64,000 bases of DNA from a virus: IMG/VR virus record IMGVR_UViG_2706795158_000001, positions 39,335-103,334 of that record; one strand, written 5' to 3'. The first letter of the stretch is position 1. Every line of letters starts with the position of its first letter. The notes under the pieces are model-generated. The model was given only the letters and a program-made list of their open reading frames with translations, ran no database searches and was not told where the DNA came from. The translations under genes and the position numbers were made by a program. Positions 49,316 to 58,188 of the stretch are shown piece after piece.

Positions 49316-49414
49316 ATGATAATTGGAGAGGTTATAGCTGAAGTGGTCGTAGCCATTCTGGAGTTTGTAGGAATAGTTATTGAGTCTAAGAGTAACAAGG
49401 AGGAAGAGGAATGA
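49316..49414 (+). CDS. 32-aa hydrophobic peptide not in the ORF track
   Basis: MIIGEVIAEVVVAILEFVGIVIESKSNKEEEE; SD GGAAGGTG; its stop overlaps the sbcC start (ATGA). Confidence 0.55.
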   Translation: MIIGEVIAEVVVAILEFVGIVIESKSNKEEEE

Positions 49415-51324
49415 GACTAGGTGAATTAGAAGTACAGAATTTTCTATCTATTCAAGAAGCATCAATAGACCTCTCTAATAAGGGATTAGTGCTTGTACAG
49501 GGAGACAATAAGGACTCTACAGCTTTTGATAGCAATGGGTCAGGTAAGTCTACTCTAGTGTCTGAATCCCCAACATGGTGTATATATGGTAAGACAATCC
49601 GTGGGTTTAAGCCTGACAAGGTGGTTAACCGTATTGCTGAAAAGGATACAAGAGTGTCTCTAAAAATCTATGATGATATGGGGGACGAATATCAGATTGT
49701 TCGCCACCGTAAGCACCGAGAATATAAGAATCATGTTCTGTTATACAGAAATGGAGAGAATATAACAGGCAAGAGTGACACTGATACAGACAAGATGATT
49801 GAGGACATTATAGGTATGGACTTTGTAACGTTCTCTAACTCTATCATGTTTGGTCAAGGTGCAGGTACTATGTTTGCCCTAGCAACAGATGCTACCCAAA
49901 AGCAGGTTCTAGAAAGAATGCTACAAATTGAGCTATTCAAGGATATGCAGGAAGAAGCTAAAAAGGGATTAGCTAAAGAAGAGATGGAAATCTCTAAGTT
50001 TAATTCTGACATACAAGCCACTCAAACTGGGTTATCTACTATCAGAACCACTATTGAAGACTTACAGAATAAGGAAGCAGCACTAGAGAAGACTGTAGAT
50101 GTGCGTATTGGTGAACTTAATAAAGAGCTAGAAGAGACAGAAGACCAGTTAAGTCTACAGCCTAGTACCAAGGACTTAGAGGAAGATAAGGAAGAAGTAA
50201 AAGGATTAATAGCTGACGTAGAGAAGGGTCTAGCTTCATACGAGACAACTGAGAAGCAGAAGACAGAACTACTAGGCACTATTAACGCCTTAGAGAAAGA
50301 GATTGATAGATATGACAAGCATATTAGGAAGACAGAAAAACAACTAGATGACGTCAAGAACAAAAGAGACATACCAGAAAACTGTTCTGCATGTGGGCAA
50401 GCGCTTCCTTTGGAAGACACAACCGCAATCGAAAATCACCTACAAAGTGATATAGACAAAAACAAGAAAGAGCGTGAAGAAGCGGAAGACGATTTGGAAG
50501 AAATGATTGGTTATTTGAAAGCCACTAACAAGAAGCTAGAGAAGAAGAAACCTTTAGAGGCAAGTCTAAATGACCTGCGTACAGAACTGGCAGAAACCAA
50601 TAGTGAAATTAAGTCAATTGATAGCAAGAAAGCTTCTATTGAGAAGTCAATAGCTAGCATCAAGAGACAGATAAAAGAGCAGGAAGACCTAAAGAACTCT
50701 ACATTCACGGAGATTATTGAGAAGAATATAGAGGACGCTAAGGTTCTGGAAGCTAAGATACAAGAGACTAACAAGAAGATGGAAGAGCACATGGCTATGG
50801 CTAAGAGGTATGAATTCTGGGTTAATGGCTTCAGTAACCAAGGTATCAAGTCAGTCCTACTGGACAGTGTGACTCCATTCCTTAATGAGCGTGCAAACTA
50901 CTATCTATCTAAGCTAACTGAATCAACTATTGAGGTTGAATTTACTACACAAGAGAAGCTTAAAAATGGTAAGATTAAAGATAAGTTCTCCGTAAAGGTT
51001 ACTAACATTCACGGTGATGATGAGTACAAGGGTAACAGTAATGGTGAAAAACGTAGGGTTGACGTTGCTATTAACATGGCTCTGCAAGACCTTGTATCAT
51101 CTAGGTCTAATAAGAAACTGGACATTATTGTATATGATGAAGTATTCGATGGTCTAGATGAAATCGGCTGTAACACGGTTATCGAACTTCTACAAGAGAA
51201 GGCTAAAATCTTTGGTACAGTTATTGTTATCACTCATAATGAACACCTTAAACAGTTGTTTAATAAGTACCTCAATGTGGTTAAAGAGGACGGTAGAACG
51301 GTGGTGCTTGAATTTGCAGCCTAA
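49411..51324 (+). CDS. sbcC: SbcC/Rad50-like ATPase
   Basis: NGSGKS Walker A, coiled coil, CSAC zinc hook, SNGEKRR signature, DEVFD Walker B, VITH. Confidence 0.92.
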   Translation: MRLGELEVQNFLSIQEASIDLSNKGLVLVQGDNKDSTAFDSNGSGKSTLVSESPTWCIYGKTIRGFKPDKVVNRIAEKDTRVSLKIYDDMGDEYQIVRHRKHREYKNHVLLYRNGENITGKSDTDTDKMIEDIIGMDFVTFSNSIMFGQGAGTMFALATDATQKQVLERMLQIELFKDMQEEAKKGLAKEEMEISKFNSDIQATQTGLSTIRTTIEDLQNKEAALEKTVDVRIGELNKELEETEDQLSLQPSTKDLEEDKEEVKGLIADVEKGLASYETTEKQKTELLGTINALEKEIDRYDKHIRKTEKQLDDVKNKRDIPENCSACGQALPLEDTTAIENHLQSDIDKNKKEREEAEDDLEEMIGYLKATNKKLEKKKPLEASLNDLRTELAETNSEIKSIDSKKASIEKSIASIKRQIKEQEDLKNSTFTEIIEKNIEDAKVLEAKIQETNKKMEEHMAMAKRYEFWVNGFSNQGIKSVLLDSVTPFLNERANYYLSKLTESTIEVEFTTQEKLKNGKIKDKFSVKVTNIHGDDEYKGNSNGEKRRVDVAINMALQDLVSSRSNKKLDIIVYDEVFDGLDEIGCNTVIELLQEKAKIFGTVIVITHNEHLKQLFNKYLNVVKEDGRTVVLEFAA

Positions 51325-51643
51325 AGATAAGTTTGTGTTGCCAGGATTGGATAAGCCTATAAGTGAGTTCCTTGAGAAAACAGATAGAAGAATGAGGGCT
51401 AGTGCAATTGTTAACCAGATAGAGTCTGCTATATACAAAAAGATACATGAGTTTCAAAAAGCTACTGGTAGGAAGGCAAGATATGTTATAATGGATGAAA
51501 ACACTAAGACAAAACTTAGTGTTATGAAAGATATGGCTAACTTTATGCCTCTTGACCATAGCTTACCTACACGCTTAATGTTCAACAATCTTCCTATAGT
51601 AGTAGTACATGGAAGAGGGGAGGGAATACAAATTGGATGCTAA
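51308..51643 (+). CDS. Hypothetical protein (paralog of next gene)
   Basis: Likely TTG start 51308 in the frame of ORF 51158-51643. Confidence 0.6.
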   Translation: MNLQPKDKFVLPGLDKPISEFLEKTDRRMRASAIVNQIESAIYKKIHEFQKATGRKARYVIMDENTKTKLSVMKDMANFMPLDHSLPTRLMFNNLPIVVVHGRGEGIQIGC

Positions 51644-51899
51644 TGTATATGACATTGAGAGACGTATTATGAAGGAAGCCCATGACTTTCACATAAAGAA
51701 ATATAAGAATCCTGATTATGTTATACTAGACAATGAAACATATGATGAGTTGGTTGCCTATGTAACAAAAGTGTACGGGGTTAAACAAATTGCCAATAAG
51801 GGACAAGAAGTAAACGATGTAGATAGATTCTGTGACATGATAATAGTTAGAACATTCACAGCAGGTAGAGGAATAGCTGTAGGAGAGGATGCAAGATGA
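51633..51899 (+). CDS. Hypothetical protein (paralog of previous gene)
   Basis: TTG start after GGAGGG, in the frame of ORF 51609-51899. Confidence 0.6.
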   Translation: MDANVYDIERRIMKEAHDFHIKKYKNPDYVILDNETYDELVAYVTKVYGVKQIANKGQEVNDVDRFCDMIIVRTFTAGRGIAVGEDAR

Positions 51900-52108
51900 T
51901 AAACCTACATTTAGATGATGAAGTAAGCTTTATGTATACTAACTGGCGTGGAGAGAAGGCTAGACGATATGTACGAGTTATAGGGTTCTACTGGGGAAAG
52001 ACTGAGTGGCACCCTGAATATCAAATGTTACTGTTTGCACACGATGAGGATAAAGGTAGCTCTAGGTTCTTTGCAGTTAAAGATATTAGTGACGTTTCAC
52101 CAATGTAG
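51896..52108 (+). CDS. Stand-alone WYL-like domain protein
   Basis: F.YTNWRGE..RR.V.....WG.TEWHP..Q.LL.A.D.DK...R.FA...I pattern. Confidence 0.65.
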   Translation: MINLHLDDEVSFMYTNWRGEKARRYVRVIGFYWGKTEWHPEYQMLLFAHDEDKGSSRFFAVKDISDVSPM

Positions 52109-52136
52109 CAATTTTAATACTTAGGAGACGATTTCC

Positions 52137-52175
52137 AGACCTTCCCCTTTAATTAGGTGGAAGGTCTTTTCTTTG
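52137..52175 (+). terminator. Putative terminator
   Basis: agaccttcc / ggaaggtct followed by tttcttt. Confidence 0.6.
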
Positions 52176-52188
52176 AGAGGTGATATAA

Positions 52189-53223
52189 ATGATAACAGAT
52201 TACCTAGATGGATCACTAGGAGAGGGTAACTACCATAAGACTGAGAAGGGTGACCAGTACAGCTACCAGTGTCCCTTCTGTAAAGACCATAGAGACAGAA
52301 TGTTTGTCAATGTGAACAGAAAGGTATACTTCTGTCATAACTGTGATGCAACTGGTACTTTAATCTCACTTATAGCAGACTATACACAGATTTCATACAA
52401 GGAAGCACTGGATATATTCAGGGAATATGATGGATATGAGCAGGAGCTACCAGATGACTTAGAGGAAGAGATATACAAGAGATTGTATAAAGCACCAGAG
52501 ATTGAGGTAGCTAAGACTGTACACCCTTTACCTGATGAGTTTGTCCCAATAGAAGAAGCTAGGGGAAAACTAGGAAAAGAGGTGGTCAGGTATATTAGGA
52601 GCAGGGGACTGACTCTTAGTATGGCAGAGCGTTATTCAATGGGATATTGTGATGGAGGTCAATACGATAGACGTATCATCATGCCTGACTTTGAAGATTA
52701 CGAACTCATATACTGGCAGGCAAGGACAATAGACCCAGCACCTAAAATAAAGCTTCTGAAGAAGCACTACAGAAAGGTAATGAACCCATCCCTAACAGAG
52801 GAACAGATAGACCAAGGAATGATGGCAGTAAGTAAATCAGAAATTGTGTCCAACATTGACTTAATACTGGACAACGGGGTTGCAGTTATCTGTGAGGGTA
52901 AAATGGATGCATACACAATAGGTGATAGCGGAGCAGCTATTCATGGAAAGGTTATGTCTGATACACAGTTTATGAAACTGGTGGTGAACAAAGACAAGAT
53001 AGATGTTATATACATCATGCTGGATGGTGATGCTTTTGAGTACGCAATAAGAATTGCAAAACGCCTGTATAAGCATTTTGACGATGTGTACGTTTGTAGA
53101 ATGCCTCATAAGGAAGCTGACCCAAATGGGATTGGTGCTAGAGGTTGTCTAGAAGTGATAGAAGGGGCAATGAAATACTCCCCTCTATTCGAGGTTAAAT
53201 GCCGAATCAGAGGGTGGTTATAG
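52189..53223 (+). CDS. DNA primase (zinc finger plus TOPRIM)
   Basis: CPFC...CHNC zinc finger; CEGKMDA and LDGDA TOPRIM motifs. Confidence 0.9.
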   Translation: MITDYLDGSLGEGNYHKTEKGDQYSYQCPFCKDHRDRMFVNVNRKVYFCHNCDATGTLISLIADYTQISYKEALDIFREYDGYEQELPDDLEEEIYKRLYKAPEIEVAKTVHPLPDEFVPIEEARGKLGKEVVRYIRSRGLTLSMAERYSMGYCDGGQYDRRIIMPDFEDYELIYWQARTIDPAPKIKLLKKHYRKVMNPSLTEEQIDQGMMAVSKSEIVSNIDLILDNGVAVICEGKMDAYTIGDSGAAIHGKVMSDTQFMKLVVNKDKIDVIYIMLDGDAFEYAIRIAKRLYKHFDDVYVCRMPHKEADPNGIGARGCLEVIEGAMKYSPLFEVKCRIRGWL

Positions 53224-53288
53224 CAGGGAGACGAGTTTTTGTGGGAGGGTTTTTTTAAGTCGAACAAGCAATTGAGGAGGACAAGAAC

Positions 53289-53885
53289 ATGGACAGATTA
53301 ACAAATTTAGAGAAAACGGTGCTAGACTTAGAATCAGCACTAAGACAAACGCAACAGGAGTTTACCTCATTTAAGGACATGATGTTAGGTCAACCAGAAT
53401 TACCATACTTCTCCGATATCCCAGGATATCAACTAAAGTATCACCACGATGGAGATGCAGGTATTGATTTACCTATCTTTGATGAGCGTTTACTTGACGG
53501 TGAATTCAGTACTGAAGGGTTTGTGGACATCCACCCAGGATGTAGCTATACTCTAAAGACTGGTATCCACATGGCTATCCCACAAAGTCATTATGGTATG
53601 CTGGATACACGTTCAGGAACATCTAAGTTGAAAATGACTCTATTGTGTCGCACTATTGATGAGCCATTTCGTGGTAACATCCGTTTAGCTCTACACAACG
53701 TTGGAACTGAAACAGTCCGTGTAGCTAACTATGATGAATTGGCACAAATGGTTATCAAGCGCTACACTAAAGTTGCACCTAAGGGCTTTGCTACATATGG
53801 TGAGTTCCTTGAATATGCAGGTAATACTGCACGTGGTCAGGAAGGCTTTGGTAGTAAAGAGCGTAATTTAGGAGGAGGAAACTAA
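53289..53885 (+). CDS. dut: Trimeric dUTPase
   Basis: DAGIDL, RSG, TIDEPFRG, RGQEGFGS motifs. Confidence 0.9.
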   Translation: MDRLTNLEKTVLDLESALRQTQQEFTSFKDMMLGQPELPYFSDIPGYQLKYHHDGDAGIDLPIFDERLLDGEFSTEGFVDIHPGCSYTLKTGIHMAIPQSHYGMLDTRSGTSKLKMTLLCRTIDEPFRGNIRLALHNVGTETVRVANYDELAQMVIKRYTKVAPKGFATYGEFLEYAGNTARGQEGFGSKERNLGGGN

Positions 53886-53886
53886 T

Positions 53887-54159
53887 ATGGATATCGGATA
53901 TGCTAGAGACTTAATTAAGCAAGGAAAAAAGGCTGCTCGTAAGGGTTGGAATGGGTCAAACATGTTCATATACTATGTACCTGCCGCATCATACCCCCCT
54001 GTTACAGATGTAGCAAAGGAAGCGTTTGGTGGAGAGGACGTACCCTATCGTGAATATGTTGCCTTAAAGACAGCACAGGGGGATGTTGCTACATGGTCAC
54101 CTAGTGGCTCTGATTTCCTAGCTGATGACTGGGTAGAAGTAACTGAAGGAGGTAACTAA
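53887..54159 (+). CDS. DUF2829/Tad2-like protein
   Basis: KQGKKAARKGWNG..MFI...W.PS.SD.LADDW family pattern. Confidence 0.8.
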   Translation: MDIGYARDLIKQGKKAARKGWNGSNMFIYYVPAASYPPVTDVAKEAFGGEDVPYREYVALKTAQGDVATWSPSGSDFLADDWVEVTEGGN

Positions 54160-54160
54160 T

Positions 54161-54373
54161 ATGGGTTATGGAACTGCATTTGAAGAGGTTAAAACGGGTA
54201 AGGGCATGCGCCTACCTAACTGGTCACCAGAAGTAGTTATTCGAGCACAGTTTCCAGATGAGCATAGTAAGATGACTGCACCTTACTTATATGTAGAATC
54301 TCGCTTTGGTAGAGTACCTTGGAAAGAGACTGCTATCGAACAGTTCTCTGAAGAGTGGGTAGTAGTGGACTAA
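54161..54373 (+). CDS. Second DUF2829/Tad2-like protein (divergent)
   Basis: AFEEVKTGKGMRLPNW...PYLYV...VPW...FSEEW. Confidence 0.65.
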   Translation: MGYGTAFEEVKTGKGMRLPNWSPEVVIRAQFPDEHSKMTAPYLYVESRFGRVPWKETAIEQFSEEWVVVD

Positions 54374-54529
54374 GTGAGGAATTGGTGGGATATATACACC
54401 ATTGATTACTGGAAAGCGTTTTGGTTTAGAGTCTACATCCGTAAATACCATATGGATGTAGCTCGTTTCCATAAAGAAGTAGCTAGAAAATATAAGAATG
54501 GAGCTGGATTAGATGACAACAGTAAATAA
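54374..54529 (+). CDS. 51-aa aromatic/basic peptide not in the ORF track
   Basis: GTG directly after the previous stop; fills the gap and overlaps the next start; weak SD. Confidence 0.4.
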   Translation: MRNWWDIYTIDYWKAFWFRVYIRKYHMDVARFHKEVARKYKNGAGLDDNSK

Positions 54530-54890
54530 AGGTAAAAACATTGATGAGAAGAAGCTAAAGCAACAGAGACAACAAGAGATTAAGCGTAAGGAGAAAGAGA
54601 TTCAGAAGCAGAAAGCCTACTGGAATGGCATGATTACACGTGAAGAAGCACGTGATATGGTTATCAAGTCACAAGAGCCTTTAATGGAGCAAATGCGTAC
54701 TATGTTCATCCAAGTGAAAACCCTTACAGAAATGGTATTACAAAAGGGTCTTGCTACAGAGGATGAACTGAATAAAATTGGTGTACCTATCTACAACGAA
54801 ATGTATGGTGTTCCAACTAAACAAGAAGTAGCTAATCCAGAGGAGGTAACTAAGGATGCCGATAAACCTGTCCAAGGGTCAAACAATTAA
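54513..54890 (+). CDS. Hypothetical protein
   Basis: SD GGAG; coiled-coil N-terminus. Confidence 0.7.
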   Translation: MTTVNKGKNIDEKKLKQQRQQEIKRKEKEIQKQKAYWNGMITREEARDMVIKSQEPLMEQMRTMFIQVKTLTEMVLQKGLATEDELNKIGVPIYNEMYGVPTKQEVANPEEVTKDADKPVQGSNN

Positions 54891-55524
54891 TCTGTCTAAA
54901 GAAGTCAATAATGGTCTTAAAACAGTAACAGTTGGTCTTAGCTGGGGTGCGAAAGTACTCCATGCTAGCCCTTCTAAAGAAGAGGCAAAAAGCTTTATGC
55001 AAAAATTCTCTTCCTTTTTTAAAGGAGGAAGCGGTGGGGTTGTAACAGAATCCCCTAAGGTACCAAAAATGGACATTGACTCTTCAGTATTCCTAATCAA
55101 GGACACTAACCAACGCCTGACAACAGTGTACTATGGTAATTTACGTGCTCCTGGAGTACGACATGCTGGAGATGACCTTACAGGTAATGATAAGAAGGGT
55201 GCTAGCGACAATGAGGAAATCTACGTAGACTTTGAAAAGATACCTCCTAATGTGCATAAGCTGTTCGTTGTTGCCAATGTATTCTCTCCTATGACTGGTC
55301 ACTTTGGGTGGGTACCTGGATCATACATCCGTATTAAGGATGAAAAAGGTAATGAAATTGTACGCTACGAACTAGGTGCAGACTTCAAGGATAAAAAGGG
55401 TATCGTTGTAGCAGAATTGTACCGTGATGGTAATGGAGACTGGAATTTCCGTGCCATTGGTAAAGCTACAAGTGGAAGCTCAATGAACAAGCTAGAAAAC
55501 TTATGCCTACAGGGGGACTTCTAA
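54856..55524 (+). CDS. terD: TerD-family stress protein
   Basis: INLSKGQTINLSK, VGLSW, DIDSS, YYGN, HAGDDLTG, DNEEI, AELYR..GDW.FRAIG. Confidence 0.9.
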   Translation: MPINLSKGQTINLSKEVNNGLKTVTVGLSWGAKVLHASPSKEEAKSFMQKFSSFFKGGSGGVVTESPKVPKMDIDSSVFLIKDTNQRLTTVYYGNLRAPGVRHAGDDLTGNDKKGASDNEEIYVDFEKIPPNVHKLFVVANVFSPMTGHFGWVPGSYIRIKDEKGNEIVRYELGADFKDKKGIVVAELYRDGNGDWNFRAIGKATSGSSMNKLENLCLQGDF

Positions 55525-55527
55525 TAT

Positions 55528-56280
55528 ATGGAAATCTTACAACACATAATTGATACTTATGCCCAGTTCTTTGACTGGCAAATGTGGGGAGAAGTACTCA
55601 CTAGTAAATCAGCTTGGGGTTTAATACTTAGTTTAGTAATTCTTGAGGGCTTGTTATCAGCAGATAACGCCCTCGTACTTGCCATCATGGTAAGACACTT
55701 ACCAGAGGAACAACGTAAGAGAGCTTTATTCTATGGACTACTTGGTGCTTATTTCTTCCGATTCCTATTCATTGGAGTAGGAACTCTACTAATCAAGTTA
55801 TGGTATGTTAAACTGATTGGTGCTCTATACTTACTGTGGATTGTAATTGACCACTATCGTAAGAAGGGTAAGGAAGCTGATGAAAACCATGAGATGAATA
55901 CAGGAGGAATACTAGTAAAATGGTTCGGTGTATTCTGGGCTACAGTTATCTCTGTTGAAATCATGGACATAGCGTTCTCTGTGGACAGTATTTTAGCAGC
56001 ACTTGGTGTATCAGAACAGGTTTGGGTACTACTAATTGGGGGTATGTTAGGAATCTTGATGATGCGTGGTGTAGCTCACATCTTCCTATACTTAATGGAG
56101 AAGGTACCAGAGTTAGAGAATACTGCATACTTCTTGATACTCGCAATTGCAGTTAAGATGGGTGGAAGCGTGTTTGGTCTACACATCAGTCATGAAGTGT
56201 TCGTTATTACTTTAGTTGGTGCATTTGCTATCACATTTGCGTTACACTATCTTAAAAAGTACCTACCCCGTAAGGGTTAA
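55528..56280 (+). CDS. terC: TerC-family integral membrane protein (YkoY/YceF-like)
   Basis: LEGLLSADNALVLA...LPEEQRKRALFYG...; DIAFSVDSILAA; multiple transmembrane segments. Confidence 0.92.
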   Translation: MEILQHIIDTYAQFFDWQMWGEVLTSKSAWGLILSLVILEGLLSADNALVLAIMVRHLPEEQRKRALFYGLLGAYFFRFLFIGVGTLLIKLWYVKLIGALYLLWIVIDHYRKKGKEADENHEMNTGGILVKWFGVFWATVISVEIMDIAFSVDSILAALGVSEQVWVLLIGGMLGILMMRGVAHIFLYLMEKVPELENTAYFLILAIAVKMGGSVFGLHISHEVFVITLVGAFAITFALHYLKKYLPRKG

Positions 56281-56287
56281 CATAGAT

Positions 56288-56320
56288 TAGAGACAGGATA
56301 TCCTGTCTCTATTTTCTTTG
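56288..56320 (+). terminator. Rho-independent terminator after terC
   Basis: tagagacagg-atat-cctgtctcta followed by ttttcttt. Confidence 0.8.
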
Positions 56321-56348
56321 TTTAAGAAGGGTATTATTTAAGGGGGTT

Positions 56349-56870
56349 TTGAAAATGGCTAAGACAGGTGGCAAGGGTATTAATAGTAAAAACAAGGGTG
56401 CAGAGTATGAGCGTAAGATTGCTAAGGCTCTAGGCTCTTGGTGGGGTGAACAGTTCCAACGCACTCCTGCTAGTGGAGGATTACAGTGGAAGAAGGATAA
56501 CCGAGTTACAGGAGATATAGTTACCCCTCCTGAATCAGTATTTCCTTTTACTATTGAATGTAAGAAGCGTGAGGGTTGGTCTTTAGAGCAGTTCCTAAAG
56601 AATACTGGTGAGATGGAAGAATGGTGGACACAATGTATTAGGGATGCTGCAAAAATAGATAAGAAGCCTATGGTTATCTTCAGCAAGAACTTTGATACAG
56701 ACTATGTACTTATGGACTTAGAGGATTTTAGTGCTCTTACATTAGGTAAAGAACCTTTCAACCATTTTGCAGTATCAAAAGTCGGGTTAGAGCCACGAGT
56801 TATCTGCGAGTTGGATAAATTAATCGCCAATGTTTCTAAGGAAGACGTCATCAAGGCTTACAGTCTGTGA
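56349..56870 (+). CDS. Holliday junction resolvase (PD-(D/E)xK type)
   Basis: KGAEYERKIAK...RTPASGG...GDI...IECKKRE; syntenic with Herelleviridae resolvases. Confidence 0.8.
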   Translation: MKMAKTGGKGINSKNKGAEYERKIAKALGSWWGEQFQRTPASGGLQWKKDNRVTGDIVTPPESVFPFTIECKKREGWSLEQFLKNTGEMEEWWTQCIRDAAKIDKKPMVIFSKNFDTDYVLMDLEDFSALTLGKEPFNHFAVSKVGLEPRVICELDKLIANVSKEDVIKAYSL

Positions 56871-56885
56871 CCTATTCGATAAGAT

Positions 56886-56946
56886 GAGACAAGCTTGATA
56901 AGGAAAATGGGTTACTTTTCCTACTGGCTTGTCTCTTTATTTTTTC
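56886..56946 (+). terminator. Long stem-loop terminator
   Basis: gagacaagc...aggaaaa / ttttcct...gcttgtctc followed by tttatttttt. Confidence 0.7.
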
Positions 56947-57023
56947 TGAGAGGACGGGAAAAATGAAATCAAGAGTTGAGCAATCAACCAAAACCAAATT
57001 GAGTATAAAGGGGATGTTAAAGG

Positions 57024-57716
57024 ATGACTAATCAACAAATGTATGAGGTAGAAGGACAATACGTGCCAGACTTAAAGGCTGTAGCAGCAGTACTAAATGT
57101 ACCAAAGGTGTTAAAACGTGATATTCAAGAGGGTGGAGCACTAGAAGGTAAGGTAAAACTAGTAAATACAGAAGAGGTGGGTGACGGTATCAAGGCTGAG
57201 ACTGAAGATGAGCAATGGGATAACTTTAAAGCTAAGACAGATGAGGCGATTGCTAAAGAAGTAGAAGAGGAAGTAGGAACTGTAGAGGAAGAGGACGATG
57301 AGCCACAACCAATAAACTATGTAAGAACAGAGGATATTGTCAACACTAAAGAGGAAATCTTAGAAGCCATACCAGAATTTAAGGCATTGAAGGAGTTTAA
57401 GGATTGGTATAAGGACATTGATACTCAAACGGTAGAGTACTTTGCTAAGGCACTTGGTCTAACATGGACAGAAACAGAACATGCTAATATCCACCGTATG
57501 AGAATCTCAATGGCTATGCAACGTTTCTTCTTCCCAGAGATGTTTAAGCCTAAAGAGGGTAAGAAAAAGAAAGCCAAGTATGGTGACCTGTCTACAGAGG
57601 ATTTATTCAAAATGGTAGCTGCTAATAAACTAGACGTGAAGAAGACTAACAATAATCCAATTGACCGTATGAACGCAATAATGGCTCTAAAGAAAGCAGG
57701 TAAATTACCTAAATAG
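57024..57716 (+). CDS. Hypothetical protein with two C-terminal helix-loop-helix-like repeats
   Basis: Acidic N-terminal half; two 37-aa motifs shared with ORF1 and ORF 58917. Confidence 0.75.
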   Translation: MTNQQMYEVEGQYVPDLKAVAAVLNVPKVLKRDIQEGGALEGKVKLVNTEEVGDGIKAETEDEQWDNFKAKTDEAIAKEVEEEVGTVEEEDDEPQPINYVRTEDIVNTKEEILEAIPEFKALKEFKDWYKDIDTQTVEYFAKALGLTWTETEHANIHRMRISMAMQRFFFPEMFKPKEGKKKKAKYGDLSTEDLFKMVAANKLDVKKTNNNPIDRMNAIMALKKAGKLPK

Positions 57717-57720
57717 GTCA

Positions 57721-57753
57721 GGAGAGGGGAGGGTTTTCCCCTCTTCTTTTTTA
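57721..57753 (+). terminator. Rho-independent terminator
   Basis: ggagagggga / tcccctcttc followed by tttttt. Confidence 0.75.
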
Positions 57754-57804
57754 TTACTCTTGAGCTAGGAACATCGGGTCTCCTCCACCCCTAGGAAAGA
57801 GAGA

Positions 57805-57833
57805 TTGACAAAAGGTGTCAAAATTGCAAAAAT
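57805..57833 (+). promoter_or_regulatory. Sigma-A-like -35 box embedded in a palindromic operator
   Basis: TTGACA-aaagg-TGTCAA palindrome; only a weak -10 (aaaaat) 17 nt downstream. Confidence 0.45.
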
Positions 57834-57888
57834 GAATTCAACGCCACCAACGAGTGGCAGTTAGCCAGAGCCAAAAGGAGAGGGTATT

Positions 57889-58167
57889 ATGGAAAACAAC
57901 AAGAAGGTACAAGAGTACAAACCTGAGTTAAAGGCTGAGATTCTAGAGGATTGTTTGTCAATCCCTATCTCCAGCACACAGAAGTTGAGGGTACTAATGG
58001 TTAGGGATGAAAACTTAGGCATTCGTATTTCAGCTCAAAAGTGGTGGAGAGAGAATAGGGACGGTGAGTGGGTACCTGGTAAGGGGTTTATGATGACAGG
58101 TCGCCAAGCCCTAATGATGGGGAAAGCTTTACAAGATGTTGGCAAACGTATTATTAACGTGAAGTAA
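57889..58167 (+). CDS. PC4/YdbC-like ssDNA-binding protein
   Basis: ISAQKWW...GEWVPGKGF motif. Confidence 0.65.
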   Translation: MENNKKVQEYKPELKAEILEDCLSIPISSTQKLRVLMVRDENLGIRISAQKWWRENRDGEWVPGKGFMMTGRQALMMGKALQDVGKRIINVK

Positions 58168-58188
58168 TTATATCTAATTGGGGGAAAA

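Noticed and set aside
51158-51307. Long overlap of ORF 51158 with the sbcC 3' end as an overprinted gene
   Set aside because: A TTG start at 51308 gives an ordinary short overlap; the upstream part has no SD
42196-53223. Inteins or group I introns in helicases, nucleases and primase
   Set aside because: Proteins have normal lengths and contiguous motifs; no intein termini or homing endonuclease motifs seen
56309-56686. 125-aa minus-strand ORF over the resolvase
   Set aside because: Antisense to a well-supported gene, no motif
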